Position numbers and translations under genes: made by a program. The notes beneath the pieces are model-generated. The model saw only the letters and a list, made by a program, of their open reading frames with translations, did no database searches and had not been told where the DNA came from. From an uncultured Candidatus Saccharibacteria bacterium (GTDB taxonomy: Bacteria; Patescibacteriota; Minisyncoccia; UBA6257; JAKLIH01), in the NCBI GenBank assembly GCA_964618955.1, contig CAZUBO010000003.1, positions 5,250 through 69,249 on the forward strand: a stretch of DNA of 64,000 bases. The letters are read 5' to 3'. Shown here piece after piece: positions 56,745 through 64,000 of the stretch. How positions within the stretch are numbered: position 1 is the first letter of the stretch; each line of letters starts with the position of its first letter.

Positions 56745-57332
56745 ATGGCAAACAAACTTAAAATTTTAAGCATTTGTGGTAGCCCTAGACAAGGCAATTC
56801 TGAGACCATTTTAAATTATTTAAAACAATATTTAAAAGAATTTAAAATTGATAATGAAATCGTTTTATTAAGAAAATTAAATATTAACCAATGTCATGGT
56901 TGTGTTGAATATTGTAATCATAAACATAATTGTTGTCAAAAAGACGATGCTATAAAACTATTAAAAAAAATGGAGCAAGCTGATGGTTATATTTTTATTT
57001 CTCCTAACTATTTTAAAATGCCTTCTGGCTTATTTAAAACTTTCATTGATCGCACTAGTATTTTCTTTACAAATCAAACTGACTTTAGCAAAAAACGTGC
57101 TTTAGTTTTTGCTGTTGGGGCTGATAAAGTTTCTGAAATCAACAAATGTTTAAAAAACATGACTGATAATTTCTGTAAAACTTTAGGAATTAAAGTTGTT
57201 GCTAGCAAAAGCTATCATAGTAATAGTGAATTAAAGGGGAATTTAAATGATATTTTTATTAATTCTAGCAACAAGAATATTAAAACCGAACTTCAAACAA
57301 TGGCTAAAGAATTAATTAATGCTTTTAAATAA
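56745..57332 (+). CDS. flavodoxin-like NAD(P)H-dependent FMN reductase / iron-sulfur flavoprotein-like
   Basis: ILSICGSPRQGNSE, a Cys cluster CHGCVEYC...C, and ISPNYFKMPSG. Confidence 0.65.
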   Translation: MANKLKILSICGSPRQGNSETILNYLKQYLKEFKIDNEIVLLRKLNINQCHGCVEYCNHKHNCCQKDDAIKLLKKMEQADGYIFISPNYFKMPSGLFKTFIDRTSIFFTNQTDFSKKRALVFAVGADKVSEINKCLKNMTDNFCKTLGIKVVASKSYHSNSELKGNLNDIFINSSNKNIKTELQTMAKELINAFK

Positions 57333-57342
57333 CCAAATATAT

Positions 57343-58227
57343 ATGAAAAAAATTCTTATAGATGTCGGCTCATCAACCGTCAAAGTATATGAATTTTTTA
57401 ATGAACAGTTAACCTTAATATTTCAACAGAGTATTCTTTTTAAAAACGATTTTGATTCAGAAAAAGGAATTTCTCAGCAATCAAAACAAGAACTTTTTGA
57501 AGTATTAAAAACTATCAAATTAAAAAATCCCGAAATTTCAATTGAAATTTATGCTACCGAAATTTTTAGAAAACTATCTCCAATAATTCAACAAGAATTT
57601 ATCAAAGAAGTTTTGCAAACAACTGGTTTGCATTTTAATATTATTAGCCAAGAGCAAGAGAGTCGTTTTTTAACCAAAGCGTTGATTGATAAATGCACTT
57701 TAAATGATCCAATTTTGATTATTAATATTGGTGGTGGCTCGACCGAGTTGATTATTATACAAAACAAACAAGTTTTAGAAAAACATAATATCAATTTTGG
57801 AGTTGGTACCATTATTACTCAATTTCCTAATATCAATGATTCTTTTTCAACGGTTCCAGTTGCAACAGTTATTAATTATATCAAAGAATTATTACCAAGC
57901 CTCGAGAATAATCCCAAAATAGCTTTCTATACTGGTGGGGAATTAAACTATATGACTTTAGCCAAATATCCCTTAAAACCAAATAGTTTGTTCAATGATA
58001 ACGATCATCCTTCAGTTATTACCTTAGAAGACTTTCAAATAAAAAATCAAGAAATTTTTGAAAAAATTACTTTTAAAGAATTAGAAGATCTAATGCCTCA
58101 AAATCCAAAATGAATGTATGGTGCCAGGACTTGCTGTGCTATTGCCCAGGCTATTTGTGAAAAATATATGGTACTTACTCTCATTCCTTCAAATTCTAAC
58201 ATTATCAATGGGGTCGTAAGAGAATAA
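57343..58227 (+). CDS. Ppx/GppA-family (ASKHA fold) phosphatase-like protein
   Basis: ILIDVGSSTVKVY and INIGGGSTELI phosphate-binding loops. Extended past TGA 58111. Confidence 0.6.
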
Positions 58228-58488
58228 AAGCTATCTTGAAAATACCTTTGTTATATGCTAGTATTCTGATAGACATTTCTGAGAAAGGAGGAAAGATGAA
58301 TAAAAAGGTATATAAATACGCAATCTTTGTTTCTTTAGCAATCATTGCGTTTTTAATCTTCATCTTAATAAAATATTGCGGATGAAGATTAAAACACCCC
58401 TGGTATTGTATATTGTATATCAGGGGTTTTTATTTGTTTTTAATTTTTAAGTATGATATATTAAAGATATATAATTAAAATATTAACT

Positions 58489-61419
58489 ATGATTTTTAAT
58501 GATTATTACAATCAATTAAATACAGAACAAAAATTAGCCGTTAATAGTATTGAGGGCCCAGTGATGGTAGTTGCTGGTCCTGGTACTGGCAAAACTCAAA
58601 TTCTAACCCTTCGTATCGCTAATATTCTTAATAAAACTGATATTGAAGCTGAAAATATTTTAGCTCTTACTTTTACTGATTCAGGTGCCATGTCTATGAA
58701 AAGAAGATTAATTAGTATTATCGGTAACGATGCTTACAGAGTCAATATCAGTACTTTTCATAGCTTTTGTAATGATATTATCCAGCAATACCCAGAATAT
58801 TTTTCTAATATCGCTGGCTTTACCAATATTGATGAAATAAAACAAACGCAAATTCTAAGAAAAGTTTTAGATAGTATGAAATTAACTTATCTTTCGACTT
58901 TTAATAATCAGTATTTCTATATCAAAGAAATAAAACATGCTATTGAAGAATTAAAAAAGGAAAGTGTTGATTTTAAAGAATTGAGAACTAAGGCTGAGCA
59001 AGCTAAACTCGATTTCTTAAATAATACTGATAACTATAATTCTAAAACCGATAAAGTCAAAACTGCTCAATTGCCAATTCTAAAAACTATAGAAAAGAAT
59101 ATTGAATTAAGTTTTGTTTATGAAGCTTATCAACAAGAGCTTAAACAAAATCTCTTCTATGATTATTCTGATATGATCATTGAAGTTTTAAATACTTTAA
59201 AGTCAAACGAAGAATTACTTTTGATTTTGCAAGAACAATATCAATACATTTTAGTTGACGAATATCAAGATACCAATACCAGCCAAAACAAAGTTTTGGA
59301 ATTGCTTTGTAATTTTCATAAAAATCCTAATATTTTTATAGTCGGTGATCCCAAACAAGCTATCTACAGGTTTCAAGGAGCTAGTATTCAAAACTTTGAA
59401 TTTTTTAAACAACTTTATCCTAAAGCTGTTTTAATTGACTTAATTAATAACTACCGTTCTTCTCAATTAATTCTTGATTCAGCTTTTTCTTTAATTCAAA
59501 AAGACAAAAAGCTTCAAAGCAATACTAATTATGAAGATAAAAAAATTCAAGTTTTTTCTCTTTCTAATCCTGAAAAAGAAGCCTACTTTGTTGTTAAAAA
59601 AATCCAAGAATTATTGAAAAATGGTATTGCTAGTAACGATATCGCTGTTTTATATCGTAACCATCGTGATGCTGATAATACTATAGAATTATTAGACAAG
59701 TTCAATATTCCTTTTAGTGTTAGAAAAAAAATTAATATTTTCAACGACGTTGATATTCAAAAACTACTTTTGATTTTAAACACTGTCTACAACTATGGTA
59801 ATGATGAATACTTGTTCAAATGTTTGCATATTGATTTTTTAGGAATTGATCCACTCGATGTCTACAAAATCATTAATTATTGTAATCAAAACCATGTTAA
59901 TGGTTATGAGTTTTTGAATTCTAAGTCTAATTTAGAATTAACTTCTAGTAAGCAAATCGAAGATTTTAATATTAAACTTAAACAATGAAGTATTGCTGCT
60001 AACAATGATCTTTTCATCAATCTTTTCGAAACCATCATTAAAGATGTCTCTTTTTATGAATATATTCAAAAGTGCGACAACATTGTTGACAAAATTGATA
60101 AAATTGATGGCCTGTTTGACCAAATTAAAAAACTAGCTCAGATTGACAAAACTTTCTTTCTAGCTGACTTCATAAAATATCTTAATATTGTCTTTGAAAG
60201 CGGTATTGATGTCAATCGTGATTCTCTTTTGGGGGATCTATCGGGCGTAAAACTTATGACTGCTCATAGTGCCAAAGGTTTAGAATTTGAATATGTTTTT
60301 ATCATTGGCGCTACTAGCAACAACTGAGAGGGGAAAAGAACTATTAATAAATTAAAATTAATTTCTGAGGTTTACAATCTCAAAGACGAAATTACTGATG
60401 ACAGCGAAGAGCGCAATCTCTTCTTTGTTTGTCTTACTCGTGCCAAAAAACAATTGTTTGTTACTTTTTACGAAACCCAAGCTGATGGTAAAAGTGTTGT
60501 TGAAAGTGCTTTTATCAATGAAATCAAAATTGAGTACAAAGATTTTGAAAAACTTAATCTAGAAGGAGATTTTAAAAAAGAACATCTTCATTTTATTACT
60601 TCCAAAACTAAAGAAGCTAGTATCAAAGACAAAGAATTAATAAAAACAATTTTTACAAAAAATGGTTTGTCAGTCACTGCTTTTAATAATTATCTAGAAT
60701 GTCCTTGAAAATATTTCTATCGTAATCTTTTTCGTTTACCCGAAGTTATGAATAAGTCTTTAATTAAAGGTAATGCTATTCATTCAGCTTTAAAAGATTT
60801 TTTCAATTCATATAAAGCCGAAGGTCGTCCTTCTAAAGAATTCTTGCAATTACGATTTGAATTTTATTTAAATACTTATCCTTTAAGCCTTAAAGATTAT
60901 GAACAACTTCTTTCTGAAGGGAAAACAATTCTTGCTTCCTACTATGATGCTTATCCAGAATTTCATGAAAATGTTTTAACTGAATTTTCAATTTCTGGTA
61001 TTAGTCTTGACGACAATATCTGCTTAACTGGCAAACTAGACAAAGTTGAAATTCTTAATAACAATCATGTTAATGTTGTTGATTATAAAACTGGCAAACC
61101 TAAAAGCGAAAATGAAATTTTGGGCCTTACCCAGTCTAGTGATGAGAATTACTATAATCAATTAAAATTCTATGGCTTACTATTAAAATATTACCAAAAT
61201 GGTAAATATATTATGGACAAAGGTATTATTGATTTTATTGAACCTAGCGAGAGTGGTAAGCCAGTTAGACGTTCTTTTATCATTTCTGAAGACGAGATCA
61301 AAGCTTTAGAAATTAAAGTTAAAGAAGTAGGGAATGAAATTTTAAATCTTTCTTTTTGGGATAAGTATTGTGATGATCCTAAATGTGAATTTTGCAAATT
61401 AAGAAAAATGATGAATTAA
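58489..61419 (+). CDS. UvrD/PcrA-type SF1 helicase fused to a C-terminal Cas4/AddB-like PD-(D/E)xK nuclease with four Cys
   Basis: AGPGTGKT, LVDEYQDTN, GDPKQAIYRFQGA, MTAHSAKGLEF, RNLFFVCLTRAKK; then C...GKLDKVE...VVDYKTGK...QLKFY...C-x5-C-x2-C. Three in-frame TGAs. Confidence 0.85.
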
Positions 61420-61548
61420 AATATTATTGAAGAGAAAAATCGGAAATTCCAATTTTAGGTTAAAGCTCTATTCGAAAAAGAAATTTGAACTATTAGAAAT
61501 TTCCTAATAGTTGCAAAATAACTTAATAAATACTTAAAAGTTATTGTT

Positions 61549-62235
61549 ATGACAAAAAATGAAATTTTTAATTTTAAATGCTATATTTTTGATTTTGATG
61601 GTACTATCGCTGATTCCCAAAAACTTCATGCTTTTGTGGAAAGCCGTTTAATGAAAACTTTTTTTAATATTGCTATTGATCCTGATGGCATTACTAGTAA
61701 GTATGCTGGTATTAGTACTCGTAAGGTTTTTAAACAGATTCTTTCTGAAAACAATATCTCGGTATCAGACGAAGAAATAAACAATTTAAACAATTCTAAA
61801 TGAAATATTTTAAATTCTTTATCTCCAACTAAGAATTTAAACAATAATTTTTGCTTTAAAGTTGATTTAATTCCTGGAATTGATAAATTTTTGAAAAACT
61901 TAGTTAATCATAACAAACTTTTAAGTATTGGTACAGCTTCTCAAAAGATTTATGTTTCTAACGTTATTGAATACTTTGATTTTGACAAATATTTTTCTAA
62001 AGAAAATATTGTATCTGCCGATGATGTTTTAAATGGCAAACCGGCTCCGGATATATTTTTGGAATGTGCTAGAAGGCTAGGGGTAGATCCTAAGGATTGT
62101 ATTGTCTTTGGCGATGGTTCTTCGGATAATCAGTCAGCTATCGCTGCTAATATGCAATTCGTTGGAGTTGTTAATACCGACTTAATCCCAACTTCAGACT
62201 ATTTTATTAAGGATTTTACAGAATTGCTTTTTTAA
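61549..62235 (+). CDS. HAD-superfamily hydrolase (beta-phosphoglucomutase-like)
   Basis: FDFDGTIADS, GTAS, GKPAPDIF, FGDGSSD. One in-frame TGA. Confidence 0.8.
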
Positions 62236-62310
62236 CTCTTAGTACTGTTTATTTTTTAATATTGTGATATAATATATTTAATAATAAAACCAATTTTATT
62301 TTTTGTTATT

Positions 62311-62880
62311 ATGCCTAATTGTAAAAAAATTTGTGTTTTTATCGACGCATCTAATGTTTGAGAGGTTCAAAAGACTAAAGGAAGATTTTTTGACTATGAA
62401 AAATTGCAAAAATTTCTTATAAAAAACTTTAGTGCCTTAGAATTAAAGGTTTTTTATTATACTGCTTATCCTAAAGAAGGAACTAGAAAATATAATTTAG
62501 ACGGAAAACATAAGTTTTATACATTTCTTAACAAAGGGTTAGGATTTATTGTTCGTAAAAAAGAATTAAAAAGAATACACGTAGTCACTGGTGATGGACA
62601 GTCAATTGAATAAAAAGGTAATATGGACGTAGAGATAACGATAGATGCTATGTATTATAGTTCACAATATGACGAAGCAATATTTTTCTCTGGTGACTCT
62701 GATTTCATGGCTCTGGTAACTCATTTAAGGTTGCAAGGTAAAAAAGTATATATTTTTTCGTCAAAAAACAATGTCTCGGAGGAACTAAGGACCGGCGCAG
62801 ATGGATATTACAATATTTTAGATAATAATATTGGAAATATATGGGGTAGAGAGCTTAAACACAGGCCAAATAAATATTAA
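62311..62880 (+). pseudogene. NYN-domain (LabA/DUF88-like) gene interrupted by an in-frame TAA
   Basis: VFIDASNV ... then TAA at 62611-62613 directly before KGNMDVEITIDAM ... FFSGDSDF ... GKKVYIFS. Both halves share one frame. Confidence 0.55.
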
Positions 62881-63028
62881 CTAAAAAGTCACCCTTCGTT
62901 AGAAAGGTGGCCCTAGGATGTAATACCCTCCCACTTATACAAGTGGAAGACAATAGAAGTATACAAAATTTTATATAAAAAGTCAATAGGCCATCCTATA
63001 AATTAATCAAAATATTAAACTAATCATT

Positions 63029-63475
63029 ATGCGTAAAAAAATCATTTTTGTTATAGTTCTTTGTATTTTTTTATTTCTTATTTTCTATTATCTCAAACCT
63101 TTTAAAAACAATACTATTGATTCTACTACCACAACAACTGCATTAGTAGTTGGAGGTGATGAGGATAGTCATGGTTGCTTAGTTGGTGCTGGCTATAGCT
63201 GATGCCCTAGTGCTAAAGCGTGCCAACGCTTATGAGAAGACACTTGTTCTCCTGATTTTATCAAAACCGTTCATTTTGTAGAAACTAAAGATGAAAAAGT
63301 AATTTTCTATGAAGAACCTGGCAAACCAGCTATTACTAGTAGATATATTTTTCATGGCAAATGCAAAGTCAATAATACTTATTGTAGTGAATTAGAAATT
63401 AAAAGTGGTACTAAAGCCGATATCAAGGGTATCACCCTTGATAATGAGATTTTAATAACTGATATTAAATTCTAA
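63029..63475 (+). CDS. small secreted Cys-rich protein
   Basis: Signal/anchor, poly-Thr, then GGDEDSHGCLVGAGYS-W-CPSAKACQRL-W-EDTC. Confidence 0.55.
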
Positions 63476-63477
63476 TT

Positions 63478-64000
63478 ATGGGAAGACATAAAAAACCAAA
63501 ACATCCAAATGGAATTTGATGAATTGTTTTTATTGTTTTTTGTGTATTTTGCTATTTAGTCTATAAAGAATATAGTAATAAATATTTCAAAACTACCACA
63601 ACCACTAAGGCTGTAGCTAGTTCTACTAAACCTAATTCAATAACTTATTCTGCTAAAGTTACTAAAGACGAACAAGATAAATATATAATTAATATATCTT
63701 ATCCTTATTTTAAAATTAATTTTGTTGATAATAATATTGGGAATTTTATTGATTCTTCAGTTTCTAATTTCAAAAATGATATTAAGGATTATGAAGTCTT
63801 TAATGATAATAAGAATAGCTTAGATATCTTTTTTGAACCATATTTAATTTCTGCTAATACTATTAGTTTAAAGTTTGTAACTAGTACCTATACTGGTGGA
63901 GCTCATGGTAATCAAATAATTACTACTAAGAATTTTGATTTAACTTCTAATAGGGAAGTGGAACTAAAAGACTTATTCAAAAAAGATGGTTATTTAAATA
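63478..64000 (+). CDS. membrane-anchored DUF3298/DUF4163-like protein (3' end lies outside the window)
   Basis: N-terminal anchor; YTGGAHGN ... FDL ... ELKDLFKK pattern. Confidence 0.6.

Noticed and set aside
58296-58478. Small transmembrane ORF with a strong AAAGGAGG RBS between the ppx-like gene and the helicase
   Set aside because: I did not list it as a feature because its end is ambiguous. It is 29 aa if TGA 58383 terminates, just before the terminator. It is 60 aa, running through the terminator and promoter region, if TGA is read as Trp. It is mentioned under the C-terminal TGA finding instead.
3368-62000. Track ORFs lying antisense to or inside stronger genes: 3368-3556, 3691-3909, 4117-4332, 6152-6439, 9488-9904, 10363-10557, 15362-15553, 17223-17495, 20743-20991, 22210-22434, 22801-23262, 27237-27614, 27268-27549, 28921-29208, 29351-29539, 30499-30684, 30837-31025, 31443-31670, 32763-32960, 38733-38948, 40287-40508, 40861-41091, 41182-41376, 43208-43447, 43877-44197, 43968-44168, 44879-45070, 45634-45831, 46139-46333, 47543-47794, 49657-49860, 51379-51612, 51547-51831, 52622-52921, 57588-57812, 59938-60123, 61191-61397, 61626-61844
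   Set aside because: Each overlaps a gene with recognisable motifs or a much longer rejoined frame on the other strand or in another frame. They lack an RBS and have low-complexity, AT-driven composition.
62881-63028. Small RNA after the NYN gene (GC-richer hairpins cacccttc/gaaaggtg and ccactt/aagtgg)
   Set aside because: There are only two short imperfect hairpins, with no promoter or U-tract that I could identify. This is insufficient support.
1-64000. UGA = Gly (code 25, as in SR1/Gracilibacteria), suggested by the CPR-like gene content and by prs reading IAH-TGA-A where many Prs proteins have T-H-G
   Set aside because: Every well-conserved column I could judge is Trp or aromatic: ppdK WAD, the sigma region 2 Trp residues, PAP2 HWP, SdpI TPWT, RecG WFNQ and DUF4143 YW. 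No TGA lies on an invariant Gly. The prs position is P or G in other species and is not diagnostic.
1-64000. CRISPR arrays, rRNA genes, transposases/IS elements, prophage structural genes, reverse transcriptases (retron/DGR)
   Set aside because: I looked for regularly spaced direct repeats, rRNA-like GC-rich blocks, DDE/HUH motifs and YxDD motifs in the rejoined frames and found none.

Overview
This is a low-GC (about 30% by eye) bacterial chromosomal segment. The main result is that TGA is a sense codon here, and the evidence points to Trp, as in genetic code 4. Almost every break in the supplied ORF track is an in-frame TGA, and many of these fall on invariant Trp positions of recognisable families. 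After rejoining the fragments by hand I get about 75 intact genes ending in TAA or TAG. All CDS coordinates below are these rejoined models and include the stop codon.

Housekeeping genes: ppdK (5' partial), hisS, recG, a Xer-type recombinase, a PAP2 phosphatase, prs, a UvrD-type helicase-nuclease, and tRNA-Arg(TCG), tRNA-Lys(CTT) and tRNA-Asn(GTT).

Accessory content is dense:
- three AbiEi/AbiEii modules, one with a degenerate toxin
- a GHKL-ATPase + STAS-like (DUF4325-type) pair
- a TcmP-like + CX3CX3C radical-SAM-like pair
- two paralogous giant Cys/Asn/Thr-rich secreted proteins (705 and 1113 aa)
- peptidoglycan-binding and Ig-like surface proteins with poly-Thr linkers
- two ECF sigma factors
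- two MacA/MacB-like efflux operons
- an orphan HicB, an SdpI-like protein and two DUF4143 AAA ATPases
- a NYN-domain gene interrupted by TAA
- several promoter-to-terminator units that look like unclassified structured RNAs

I saw no CRISPR array, rRNA, transposase or prophage structural genes. The wall-associated proteins and ECF sigma factors fit a cell-wall-bearing, possibly CPR/Patescibacteria-like organism better than a mollicute, but this taxonomic reading is inference only. All family assignments come from motif recognition by eye, not database searches.
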